A stretch of 64,000 bases of DNA, taken from Rhabdothermincola salaria. Lineage in GTDB: Bacteria > Actinomycetota > Acidimicrobiia > Acidimicrobiales > Acidimicrobilacustridaceae. The notes under the pieces were generated by a model. It made no database searches and was not told the origin of the DNA. It saw only the letters and a list, made by a program, of their open reading frames with translations. The translations under genes and the position numbers were made by a program. Every line of letters starts with the position of its first letter. Within the stretch, counting starts at the first letter, position 1. Shown here piece after piece: positions 19,889 through 28,827 of the stretch. The stretch is from assembly GCF_021246445.1 (NCBI RefSeq), contig NZ_JAJQXW010000001.1, forward strand, positions 1,568,168-1,632,167. Direction: 5' to 3'.

Positions 19889-19904
19889 TGTGACGCATGT
19901 CACG
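19889..19904. promoter_or_regulatory. CRP/GlxR-like site TGTGA-CGCATG-TCACG
   Basis: 9/10 match to TGTGA-N6-TCACA, upstream of the M15 gene. Confidence 0.5.
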
Positions 19905-20027
19905 TGCCATCGCCACCAGGATGGGCCGAACGAACCACGAATCCGGCAGCCACCGACCGCGGATCGTCATCTTCGGACAACCCGGCGACCGACCGCAGGG
20001 GCCCTCGCCGGCCGTTCGAGGCCTTCG

Positions 20028-21167
20028 TCAGCCGGCGAGCAGCTCGCTCACCTGGCGGGCCACCTCGAGGTCCTCGCGGGCGTGGACCACGAGGGTGCGC
20101 ACCGTCGCGCCGTCCTCGCTCAGGTCGGCATCGGTGTCAGGAGCGTGGGCCGCATTGGCCTCGTCGTCGATGCCCAGGCCGAGGAAGGCCCCCCACGCAC
20201 AGGTCGAGAGGCGCACCGACCCGGCCCGCTCGGCCACCCCACCGGTGAACACCAACACGTCGAGCCCGCTCATGGTGCCGACCATGGCGCTGATCCCCAA
20301 GCGGAGCCGGTGGTTGTAGACCTTCCACGCCAGCAGGCAGGCCTCGTCGCCGTCGGCGATCCCGGCGAGCACCTCGCGCATGTCGCCGCTGGTCCCCGAG
20401 AGCCCGGCCAGTCCTGACCGGTGCAACAACAGGTCGGTCATCTCGTCGGCGCCCAGACCGGCCTGTTGCTGCAGCCACATCAACGCCCCGGGGTCGACGT
20501 CACCCGACCGGGTGGCCATCACCAAGCCCGACAACGGCGTGAAGCCCATGGTGGTGGCCACCGATCGGCCACCCCGGACCGCGGCGAGCGATGCCCCCGC
20601 CCCCAGGTGGCAGGTCACGACGCGGAGGTCCTCGACGCGACGACCCACCATCCGGGCCGCCCGGCGCGTGGCGTAGGCGTGGCTCAAGCCGTGGAACCCG
20701 TAGACACGCAGCCCCCAACGGTCCCTCCACTCCGCCGGGACGGCGTAGGTGGCCGCCTCTCGCGGGATGGTCGTGTGGAAGGTGGTGTCGAAGCAGGCCA
20801 CCGCCGGCAGGCCGGGCCGCAGCCGACGCACGACCTCGATGGCCTGCAGGGCCGGGGGGTTGTGCAACGGAGCCAGGACCGACACCTCGTCGAGATCGCC
20901 CAGGAGGTCATCGGTGATCATCGCCGGACCGGACTGCTGCGGCCCCCCGTGCACCACCCGGTGGCCCACGACGTCGATGCCGGGGGCCCGGTCGAGGAAC
21001 CGCTCGAGCGCGTCGGGCTCGAGCGGTGCGTCGAGCGCCTCACCGACGATCCGGACGCCCTCGCTCGCCTCGCCCTCGACCCGCCCCCCTCCGATCGCCA
21101 CCACGTCGAGCTTGACGGTGCTCGACCCGACGTTGACGACCAGGACGGTCAGGGACGGCTCGGTCAC
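20028..21167 (-). CDS. ackA: Acetate/propionate kinase
   Basis: NVGSSTVK, GHRVVHGG, APLHNP, FDTTFH, YGFHGLSH, HLGAGAS, MGFTPL.GL.M.TRSGD.DP, VFTGG. Confidence 0.95.
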   Translation of the reverse strand: MTEPSLTVLVVNVGSSTVKLDVVAIGGGRVEGEASEGVRIVGEALDAPLEPDALERFLDRAPGIDVVGHRVVHGGPQQSGPAMITDDLLGDLDEVSVLAPLHNPPALQAIEVVRRLRPGLPAVACFDTTFHTTIPREAATYAVPAEWRDRWGLRVYGFHGLSHAYATRRAARMVGRRVEDLRVVTCHLGAGASLAAVRGGRSVATTMGFTPLSGLVMATRSGDVDPGALMWLQQQAGLGADEMTDLLLHRSGLAGLSGTSGDMREVLAGIADGDEACLLAWKVYNHRLRLGISAMVGTMSGLDVLVFTGGVAERAGSVRLSTCAWGAFLGLGIDDEANAAHAPDTDADLSEDGATVRTLVVHAREDLEVARQVSELLAG

Positions 21168-23536
21168 GGTTCCCAGGTCCAGTCCTGCACCTCGGGGAGG
21201 TCCTGGAGGTGCTCGGTGATGTACAGCTCGTGGGCGGCCAGCTGCGATCGGCAGTGCTCACCCAGCTCGTCGGCCCCAGCCGGCCGGCGCCGGGCCCGTC
21301 GGAGGGCCTGGAGGCAGAGCTGGTACCTGCTCACGTCGTTGAGGACCACCATGTCGAACGGGGTGGTGGTGGTGCCCTCCTCCTTGTACCCACGCACGTG
21401 GAAGCGATCCTGGCGCCCCTGTCCGTGCACCAGGAAGTGCACGGCCCGGGGATAGCCGTGGAAGGCGAACACCACGTGCTGGTCGGGCGTGAACAACTGG
21501 TTGAAGGCGACCAGGTCCATCCCGTGCGGGTGGTCGTTCGCCGGCAACAGGGTCATGAGGTCGACGATGTTGACCACGCGCACGCGCAGCTCGGGAACCC
21601 ACCGACGCAGGAGCTGTGCGGCGGCCACGGTCTCCATGGTCACCACGTCGCCGGCGCAGGCCAGCACGATGTCGGGGTCCTCCCCGCCGAAGGTGCCGGC
21701 CCACTCCCAGTCGCCGTAGCCCCGGGTGCAGTGCTCGCGGGCAGCGCGCATGTCGAGCCACTGCAGCTGAGGCTGCTTGTCGATCACGATGAGGTTGACG
21801 TAGTCACGAGAGCGCAGGCAGTGGTCGGCGACCGACAACAGGGTGTTGGCGTCCGGCGGGAGGTAGACCCTCGCCACCTCGGGCTTCTTGGAGATGACCG
21901 TGTCGATGAGACCCGGGCCCTGGTGGCTGAACCCGTTGTGGTCGTTGCGCCAGCACGTCGACGTGAGGAGCACGTTCAACGAGGGGACGGGGCGCCGCCA
22001 ACCGAGCTCGGCGGCAGCATCGAGCCACTTGGCGTGCTGGACCGTCATGGAGGCCGACACCATGGCGAAGGCCTCATAGGTGGCGAACAACCCGTGCCGG
22101 CCGGTCAGGTTGTAGCCCTCGAGCCAGCCGTGGCACAGGTGCTCGCTGAGGACCTCCATCACCCGCCCGTCGGGAGCGAGGTGGTCGTCGTCGTCGGTGA
22201 CGGGCAGGGTCCAGCACCGGTTCTCCACGTCGAAGACGGCACCGAGGCGGTTGGAGTTCGTCTCGTCGGGTGAGAAGAGCCGGAAGTTCCCGTCCTCCGC
22301 GTTGCGCACGAAGACGTCGCGCAACCACTCCCCCAGACGGCGGGTCGACTCGTGGTACTCCTGGCCGGGCACGGTGACGTCGAAGGCGTAGTCGACGTAG
22401 TCGGGCAGATCGAGGGCGACCGACACCCGACCCCCGTTCGCCGCCGGGCTGGCGCTCATGCGACGGTCGCCCCGGGGCGCGCCGTCGACGAGATCGGGAG
22501 CCGGCCGGCCGTCGACCCCGAACAGCTCCTCGGGTCGGTAGCTGCGCATCCACTCCTCGAGCACGGCGAGGTGGTCGGGGTCGGTGCGCACCTGGTTCAC
22601 CGGCACCTGGTGCGATCGGAAGGTGCCCTCGACCTGCAGACCGTCGACGACGCCGGGGCCCGTCCACCCCTTGGGGGTGCGCAGCACGATGGCCGGCCAC
22701 CGCCAGGGCAGGCCGACCGCCGGATCGATGGCCCGTCCGGACCGGGCGTCGGCCCGGTTCTCGCCGATGGTGTCGACCGCCCGCTCGAGGGCGTCGGCCA
22801 GGTCGGCGTGCACCTGCTCGGGCCGGTCGCCCTCCACGAACAGCGGGTCGTAGCCGTGGGACCGCAGGAGCGCGGCCACGTCGGCGTCGTCGCTCCGGCC
22901 GAGGACCGTGGGTCCGGAGATCTTGCCGTCGTTGAGGTGCAGGATCGGCAGGACCGCCCCGTCACGGCGCGGATCGAGGAAGCGCACCCCCTTCCACGAC
23001 CCCTCGAGCGGACCGGTCTCGGCTTCCCCGTCGCCCACCACGCAGGCCACGATGCGGTCGGGCGCGTCGAACGCGGCCCCGACGGCGTGCACCAGCGCGT
23101 AGCCGAGCTCACCGCCCTCGTGGATGGAGCCCGGCACCTCGACGCTCACGTGGCTGGGGAAGCCTCCCGGGGTGGAGAACTGCCGGCAGAGCCGTCGGAG
23201 TCCGGCCTCGTCCGTCCCGATGTCGGGGTAGACCTCGCTCCAGGTGCCCTCCAACCACGTGTTGGCGACGACCGCCGGACCACCGTGCCCCGGCCCGCAG
23301 ACGAAGAGCATCTCGAGGTCGCGGGCGACGATGAGCCGGTTCAGGTGGGCCCACAGCAGGTTGAGGCCCGGCGACGTGCCCCAGTGTCCGAGCAACCGCG
23401 GCTTGACGTGCTCGGGGCGCAGCGGTTCGCGCAGCAGCACGTTGTCGCGGAGGTAGATCTGACCGACGGTGAGGTAGTTGGCCGCCCGCCACCACCGATC
23501 GAGGCGTTCGGCGTCCTGCTCGTCGAGCTGGGTCAC
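21164..23536 (-). CDS. xfp: Xylulose-5-phosphate/fructose-6-phosphate phosphoketolase
   Basis: KPRLLGHWGT, GPGHG, HEGGELGY, GDGEAETGP, PDETNSNRL, DHNGFSHQ, GYKEEGTTTTPFDM. Confidence 0.96.
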   Translation of the reverse strand: MTQLDEQDAERLDRWWRAANYLTVGQIYLRDNVLLREPLRPEHVKPRLLGHWGTSPGLNLLWAHLNRLIVARDLEMLFVCGPGHGGPAVVANTWLEGTWSEVYPDIGTDEAGLRRLCRQFSTPGGFPSHVSVEVPGSIHEGGELGYALVHAVGAAFDAPDRIVACVVGDGEAETGPLEGSWKGVRFLDPRRDGAVLPILHLNDGKISGPTVLGRSDDADVAALLRSHGYDPLFVEGDRPEQVHADLADALERAVDTIGENRADARSGRAIDPAVGLPWRWPAIVLRTPKGWTGPGVVDGLQVEGTFRSHQVPVNQVRTDPDHLAVLEEWMRSYRPEELFGVDGRPAPDLVDGAPRGDRRMSASPAANGGRVSVALDLPDYVDYAFDVTVPGQEYHESTRRLGEWLRDVFVRNAEDGNFRLFSPDETNSNRLGAVFDVENRCWTLPVTDDDDHLAPDGRVMEVLSEHLCHGWLEGYNLTGRHGLFATYEAFAMVSASMTVQHAKWLDAAAELGWRRPVPSLNVLLTSTCWRNDHNGFSHQGPGLIDTVISKKPEVARVYLPPDANTLLSVADHCLRSRDYVNLIVIDKQPQLQWLDMRAAREHCTRGYGDWEWAGTFGGEDPDIVLACAGDVVTMETVAAAQLLRRWVPELRVRVVNIVDLMTLLPANDHPHGMDLVAFNQLFTPDQHVVFAFHGYPRAVHFLVHGQGRQDRFHVRGYKEEGTTTTPFDMVVLNDVSRYQLCLQALRRARRRPAGADELGEHCRSQLAAHELYITEHLQDLPEVQDWTWEP

Positions 23537-23677
23537 GGCGCATCCCTCCCTGGCCGACCGTGCGCCGGAACCTACCGGCGCGGTCGCGGCGCATCGGGGA
23601 GGGTTCCTACCCTTTCACCCCACGTTCACCGCGACGCACCCGCCCGCCGGACCCCCGTCGACCGGCGGTCACCGCCG

Positions 23678-24877
23678 TCAGCTGCGCAACACCGGGTCGA
23701 GAAGGGCCAGCCCTCGCCCCCCGATCGACAGCGACCGGCCGGCCAACCCCGGGTGCTCCTCGTCGACGAGGTTGGCCATGATGTCGAGCACCAGACGCAT
23801 GGTGAACCCGGTGGAGAGCGCCATCGCCAGCAGGACCCTCAGGAGCTGGGGGCGCCCGATCACCCACGCGAAGCGGCGGGCGGTCGCGAAGAAGGCGTCG
23901 TACTCGGCCTCCAGGCGAGCGCCGTACAGCGCATCGGCGTGGTGGGGGGAGGCCTGGTGACACTCGGCCGCCAGGCGGCCGGACTCGAGTCCGTAGTCGA
24001 TGCCCTCGCCGTTGAACGGGTTCACGAGGCCGGCGGCGTCGCCGATGGCCACCCATCCCGGCCCGTGGCGGCGCCCGACGTGCATGGGCAGCCGCCAGGC
24101 CCGCGGGCGGGCCAGGACCTCACCCAGACCCCAGGACTCCCGTACCTGGGCGGTGTAGGCGTCGAGCATGCGGTTGAGGTTCAGGTCCGAGAAGTTCCGC
24201 ATGGTGGAGAGCGCACCGACCCCGACGTTGACCACGCCGTCGCCGGCGGGGAACACCCAGCCGTAGCCCGGGACGATGTCGCCATCGGGACCCTGGACGG
24301 TCAGGCACGCCTCCATGTACCGGTCGTCGGCCCGGGTGGACGGGACGTAGGCCCGGATGGCCAGGCCGAACGGCGAGGTGGGGACCCGCACCGCACCCAG
24401 GGCCTTCGCCGCGGGCGAGCCCGCTCCCGAAGCCACGACCACGAGGTCGGCGCGCACCTCGCCGTGCTTGGTGCGCACGCCGACGACCCTCTCGCCGTCG
24501 AGCACCGGCTCGGCGACCGATCGCTCCCGCAGGTCGGCGCCGGCCTTGGCCGCCGTCTCCATGAGCAGCGCGTCGAACTCGGCCCGAGGAGCGACCGCAC
24601 CGCGGGGAGGGAAGGGCCCGTCGGGCCAGTCGACCTCGCGCACGGTGCGACCGGCCTGCACCCGCAGGCCGTCGATGCGGTGGAAGGTCCCGATGTCGAC
24701 CCCCATGCGGTCGAGCTCGGCCACCGCCCGAGGGGTGAGCCCGTCCCCGCAGGACTTGTCGCGGCCGCGCTCGCCCTTTTCGAAGAGCATGACGTCGGCG
24801 CCGCCGCGCGCCGCCCACGTGGCCGCGGCCGACCCCGCCGGCCCGGCCCCGATCACGGCGACATCACAACGCTCCAT
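23678..24877 (-). CDS. Geranylgeranyl reductase family FAD oxidoreductase (MenJ-like)
   Basis: GAGPAGS, RDKSCGDGLTPRA, GYGWVFP, GDAAGLVNPFNGEGIDYG. Confidence 0.9.
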   Translation of the reverse strand: MERCDVAVIGAGPAGSAAATWAARGGADVMLFEKGERGRDKSCGDGLTPRAVAELDRMGVDIGTFHRIDGLRVQAGRTVREVDWPDGPFPPRGAVAPRAEFDALLMETAAKAGADLRERSVAEPVLDGERVVGVRTKHGEVRADLVVVASGAGSPAAKALGAVRVPTSPFGLAIRAYVPSTRADDRYMEACLTVQGPDGDIVPGYGWVFPAGDGVVNVGVGALSTMRNFSDLNLNRMLDAYTAQVRESWGLGEVLARPRAWRLPMHVGRRHGPGWVAIGDAAGLVNPFNGEGIDYGLESGRLAAECHQASPHHADALYGARLEAEYDAFFATARRFAWVIGRPQLLRVLLAMALSTGFTMRLVLDIMANLVDEEHPGLAGRSLSIGGRGLALLDPVLRS

Positions 24878-24952
24878 GCCGACCAGTCTCGCTGCTCGAG
24901 CGACGCTTCCCGCACCCGGGAGGTGAGAGTCACATGACCTTCTCACCACCCT

Positions 24953-25321
24953 TCGGACCCTCGGGGGCCCGGCGGGTCCTGTCCCGCACCAGAACCGTGA
25001 TCATGGCGCCCTCCTCGCAAGCTCGTCGGGACGCGGTGCGGGCGTGTCGCTGGCGCTCCCATCGCCCCCTTGACGGGTCCTCGGGGTCCCGAGGCTGCCG
25101 GTGCCCACCTGTCGGACCCTCGGGGTTCCGGCGGGTCCTGTCCCGCACCAGAACCTGACGTGCTCAGTCGCTCAGAGCGGCAGCTTCGCCGAGCCGCACT
25201 CGCTCCTGTGCGCGCGTCAGAACCAGTGGTGCGGTCCACCCCCCGGGACCGTGTCCATGGCGCCCTCCTCGCAAGCTCGTCGGGACGTAGTGTGGGCGGG
25301 TCGCTGGCGCTCCCGTCGCCC
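24953..25321. repeat. Interleaved direct repeats: A (44 bp; 24953-24996, 25112-25155) and B (66 bp; 25002-25067, 25256-25321), REP-like
   Basis: By manual alignment the A copies differ at 2 positions and the B copies at 5; both contain palindromic stem-loops. Confidence 0.85.
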
Positions 25322-25396
25322 ACCTGAGGGCAGGCGTCAGCCGACCCGCAACAGGCGGAGGAGCGCCAGCGACGGAGCCTCAGCAGGGTCCCGCGT

Positions 25397-25534
25397 TTCG
25401 GCGAAGCCGGCGGAGGGAGGCTTGCCGACCGGAGCAAGATGTCACTTCGGCGAAGCCGGCGGAGGGAGGCTTGCCGACCGGAGCAAGATGTCACTTCGGC
25501 GAAGCCGGCGGAGGGAGGCTTGCCGACCGGAGCA
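25397..25534. repeat. 49-bp tandem repeat, about 2.8 copies (TTCGGCGAAGCCGGCGGAGGGAGGCTTGCCGACCGGAGCAAGATGTCAC)
   Basis: Identical copies start at 25397, 25446 and 25495; the last is 40 bp and abuts the AKR stop codon. Confidence 0.95.
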
Positions 25535-26509
25535 TCATGTAACTGCGTCGATGCGGTCGAGCATGTCGGGGTCGAGGCGGTCGAGGACGTCGAGGGCGCC
25601 CATGTTCTCCACCACCTGTTCGGGGGTGCTGGCACCGGTGATGACGGTGGACACGTCCGTGTTGGCCGCGCACCAGGCGATGGCCAGCTGCGACAGCGTG
25701 CACTCGAGCTCGTCGGCGATGCCGGCCAGGCGACGCACGACCTCGTTGCGGCCCGGCTCGGTGAGCATGTCGCGCAGCCACTCGTAGCCGGGCAGCGCGG
25801 CCCGGCTGCCCTCGGGCACACCGTCGAGGTACTTGCCGGTGAGCAGCCCCGAGGCGAGGGGGCTCCAGGTGGTGAGCCCCAGCCCCGTGTCCTCGTAGAG
25901 CCGGGTGTACTCCGTCTCCACGCGCCGGCGCTCGAACAGGTTGTACTGGGGCTGCTCGACGACGGGTTTGCGGAGGTGGTGGCGCTCGGCGATCTCCCAC
26001 GCAGCGCGGATCTCGTCGGCCGACCACTCGGAGGTGCCCCAGTAGAGAGCGTGACCCCGCTCGATGAGGTCGGACATGGCCCACACCGTCTCCTCGATGG
26101 GGGTGTTCGGATCCGACCGGTGGCAGAACACCACGTCGACGAAGTCGAGGCCCAGCCGCTCGAGGCTGCCCTCCATGGCGTGCAGGAGGTACTTGCGGTT
26201 GAGGGTGTTGCGCATGTTGATGTCGTCGTGGAGGCCCCAGAACAGCTTGGTGGAGATCACGTACGACCACCGGGGCCATCCGAGCTCGGCGATGGCCTGG
26301 CCCATGATGCGCTCCGACTCCCCGCCGGCGTAGGACTCGGCGTTGTCGAAGAAGTTCACCCCGCGCTCGCGAGCGGCGGCCAGGCAGTCCCGGGCCAGGC
26401 CGGTGTCGAGCTGGCTGCCGAAGGTGACCCAGGAGCCGAAGGAGAGCAGGCTCACCTCCAGCCCGGAACGACCGAGACGGCGGTGTGGCATGGGTGCGTG
26501 GTTCGACAT
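25535..26509 (-). CDS. Aldo/keto reductase (Kv-beta-like)
   Basis: [56 protein letters not shown]. Confidence 0.93.
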   Translation of the reverse strand: MSNHAPMPHRRLGRSGLEVSLLSFGSWVTFGSQLDTGLARDCLAAARERGVNFFDNAESYAGGESERIMGQAIAELGWPRWSYVISTKLFWGLHDDINMRNTLNRKYLLHAMEGSLERLGLDFVDVVFCHRSDPNTPIEETVWAMSDLIERGHALYWGTSEWSADEIRAAWEIAERHHLRKPVVEQPQYNLFERRRVETEYTRLYEDTGLGLTTWSPLASGLLTGKYLDGVPEGSRAALPGYEWLRDMLTEPGRNEVVRRLAGIADELECTLSQLAIAWCAANTDVSTVITGASTPEQVVENMGALDVLDRLDPDMLDRIDAVT

Positions 26510-26583
26510 GGGCCCGATGCTAGGGACACCGCCCTCGTGGCGGCCGATCCGAGCCGATCGGCGCCCCTCAGCCGACCGGACGC

Positions 26584-26615
26584 GACACGGGCGCCGCCGC
26601 GGCGGCGCCCGTGTC
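26584..26615. terminator. Perfect 32-bp GC palindrome downstream of tRNA-Gln (terminator/processing hairpin)
   Basis: GACACGGGCGCCGCCG-CGGCGGCGCCCGTGTC; no U-tract. Confidence 0.6.
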
Positions 26616-26621
26616 ATCGTG

Positions 26622-26693
26622 CTCGGGGGGGAGGACTCGAACCCCCAACGACTGGACCAGAACCAGTTGTGTTACCGATTACACCACCCCCGA
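26622..26693 (-). tRNA. tRNA-Gln (CTG), CCA not encoded
   Basis: Acceptor TCGGGGG/CCCCCGA; D arm GTGTAATCGGTAACAC; anticodon arm ACTGG-TTCTGGT-CCAGT; T arm GGGGG-TTCGAGT-CCTCC. Confidence 0.97.
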
Positions 26694-26742
26694 AGGGCAG
26701 TCTGAGGTTAGTGGCCGCGCTCGCGACCCACCAACCTGACGC

Positions 26743-27336
26743 TCACAGCAGGTTGGAGAGCCGGCGGTAGCCGATGATCCGGCCCACGGCGACCGCGGCG
26801 GTCTCCCTGGCCAGGGAACGCAACGACGACGACGCCTCGGTGGGCGAGACGTGGGCGTCGAGCCCGACCTCACCGGCGATGCCCTCCACCCGCATGGCGT
26901 GGTAGGGATCGGTGACCACGATGACGTCGTCGCCCACCTGCGCCTGGCGCAGGATGACCGCCGAGGCGGCCAGCTCCTCGTAGCTGTTGGTCCCCCCGAC
27001 CTCCACCTTGAGCGCCTCGTCGGGGAGACCCACGTCGCGCAGGTACTGGTAGCCGCTCTGGCCCTGGGTGAACTCGTCGCCCGGTTGCTTGCCGCCGGTG
27101 ACCACCACGAGGGGCGCCACCCCCTGCTCGTAGAGGGCGGCGGCGTGGTCGAGGCGGGAGCGCAGCACCGGTGAGGGCACGCCGTTCCACTGGGCGGCGC
27201 CCATCACCACGATGGCCGACGCCGCGCTGGTGTCGTCCTGACGGGCGGCGTGCCAGACCTGCACGAAGGTCACGCCGACGTAGAGCACCCCGAGCGCGAC
27301 CACGCCCAAAGCCAGGCGCACGGCCCACCGGATCAC
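26743..27336 (-). CDS. YdcF/DUF218 family protein
   Basis: N-terminal TM; IVVMGAA...PSPVL.SRLDHA..LY, VVTGG, IVVTDPYH..R. Confidence 0.88.
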   Translation of the reverse strand: MIRWAVRLALGVVALGVLYVGVTFVQVWHAARQDDTSAASAIVVMGAAQWNGVPSPVLRSRLDHAAALYEQGVAPLVVVTGGKQPGDEFTQGQSGYQYLRDVGLPDEALKVEVGGTNSYEELAASAVILRQAQVGDDVIVVTDPYHAMRVEGIAGEVGLDAHVSPTEASSSLRSLARETAAVAVGRIIGYRRLSNLL

Positions 27337-27363
27337 GCCCTCGTCGCCTCGATCGTCACCGGC

Positions 27364-28803
27364 TCAGACTCGCGCTGCTGCAGCACGGATCCGCGTCAAG
27401 GTCTCGTCGCGGCCGAGCACCTCCAACGACTCGAAGAGGGGCGGGCCCACGCTGCGACCGGTGACGGCCACCCGCACCGGGGCCTGCACCTTGCCCTTGG
27501 CCACCTCGTGATCCTCGGCGTAGGCGAACAGCACGACCTCGAGGTCCTCGCGGGTCCAGGGGCAGTCGGCGAAGACCCGCTCGGCATGGGCGAGCACCGC
27601 CACGGCGAGGTCGCGGCCCTTGACCATCACCTTCTGCCAGGACGCGTCGTCGATCACCGGCTCGGGCAGGAAGACGAAGTCGACGTAGCCGGGGACCTCG
27701 GAGAGCAGCTTCACCCGCTCCTGGACCAGGGGGGCGAGCACCTCGAAGGTGGCCACGTCGAACGCGTCGGGCGCCCACGGGACGTCCTCGGCGTAGAGCC
27801 AACGGGTGGAGCGGCTCACGAACTGCGGCAGCGAGAGGTCCCGGATGTACTCGCCGTTGAAGTGCTGCAGCTTCTTCACGTCGAAGAAGGCGCCGGCCTT
27901 GTTCACGTCGGCGAGGCGGAACAGCGCGACGATCTCGGCCAGGGGTCGGATCTCGATGCCGTCGGGCGCACCCCACCCGAGGGTGGCCAGGTAGTTCACC
28001 ATCGCCTCGGAGAGGTAGCCCCGGTCGATGTAGTCGCCCACCGAGACGTCGTCGCGGCGCTTGGAGAGCTTCTGGCGCTTCTCGTTCACGATGAGGGGGA
28101 GGTGGGCGAAGGTGAGCGAGCCGGGAGTGTCGAGCGCGTCGCGCAGCAACAGCACCTTGGGCGTGACGTTGATGAGGTCCTCGCCGCGGATCACGTGGGT
28201 GATCCCCTGGGCGGCATCGTCGACGGCGTTGGCCAGGTGGAACATCGGGGTGCCGTTGGAGCGCACGATCACGAAGTCCTCGAGGTGGGCGTTCTCGAAC
28301 GAGACCGCCCCCCGGATGACGTCGTCGAAGGCCACGGTGCCGTCCGTCGGCACCGCGAAGCGCACCACCCGGCCCTCGCCCGGACCGAGGCCCCGGTCGC
28401 GGCAGTGGCCGTCGTAGCCGGGCGTGCCTCCCCTGGCTTCGGCCCGGGCCTTGACCGCGTCGGGCGTGCAGTCGCACCAGTAGGCCCGGCCGGCGCCGAG
28501 CAGGGTGTCGATGGCCTCCCGGTAGGCGTCGGCGCGCTGGGACTGGTGCACCGGCGTGCCGTCCCAGTCGAGGCCCAGCCACTCGAGCGACCGGAAGATC
28601 ACGTCGATGAGCTCCGGTCGGGACCGCTCGGCGTCGGTGTCCTCGATCCGCAACAGGAACTCCCCGCCCTGCTGGCGGGCGAAGAGCCAGTTGAACAGGG
28701 CCGTGCGGGCACCACCGATGTGGAGGTAGCCCGTCGGGGAGGGGGCGAAGCGCACACGGGTCGGTGGGGTGGAGACGTCGGTGGGCGCGGGGCTGGAAGT
28801 CAC
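27364..28803 (-). CDS. gltX: Glutamate--tRNA ligase
   Basis: RVRFAPSPTGYLHIGG (HIGH), LRIEDTD.ERS, ITHVIRGED, KLSKR (KMSKS), VRVAVTG...GP.LF. Confidence 0.96.
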   Translation of the reverse strand: MTSSPAPTDVSTPPTRVRFAPSPTGYLHIGGARTALFNWLFARQQGGEFLLRIEDTDAERSRPELIDVIFRSLEWLGLDWDGTPVHQSQRADAYREAIDTLLGAGRAYWCDCTPDAVKARAEARGGTPGYDGHCRDRGLGPGEGRVVRFAVPTDGTVAFDDVIRGAVSFENAHLEDFVIVRSNGTPMFHLANAVDDAAQGITHVIRGEDLINVTPKVLLLRDALDTPGSLTFAHLPLIVNEKRQKLSKRRDDVSVGDYIDRGYLSEAMVNYLATLGWGAPDGIEIRPLAEIVALFRLADVNKAGAFFDVKKLQHFNGEYIRDLSLPQFVSRSTRWLYAEDVPWAPDAFDVATFEVLAPLVQERVKLLSEVPGYVDFVFLPEPVIDDASWQKVMVKGRDLAVAVLAHAERVFADCPWTREDLEVVLFAYAEDHEVAKGKVQAPVRVAVTGRSVGPPLFESLEVLGRDETLTRIRAAAARV

Positions 28804-28827
28804 CCGCCGATGGTACCGTCGGCGCCC

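Noticed and set aside
19785..20027. c-di-AMP (ydaO) riboswitch upstream of a cell-wall hydrolase
   Set aside because: Expected from context, but the conserved GAATC...GGAACC...GGGTGAA...CCCG..AGC elements were not found in order on the minus strand.
25397..25534. Possible CRISPR array
   Set aside because: The sequences between repeat cores are identical (AGATGTCAC), there are no unique spacers, and no cas genes are in the window. It is a tandem repeat.
24930..25821. ORFs 24930-25148, 24934-25158, 24943-25821 and 25101-25787
   Set aside because: These are translations of palindromic repeats or off-frame AKR sequence, with no protein-like motifs.
26622..26693. tRNA-anchored genomic island or prophage
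   Set aside because: No integrase, no duplicated tRNA 3' end noticed, and no phage genes.
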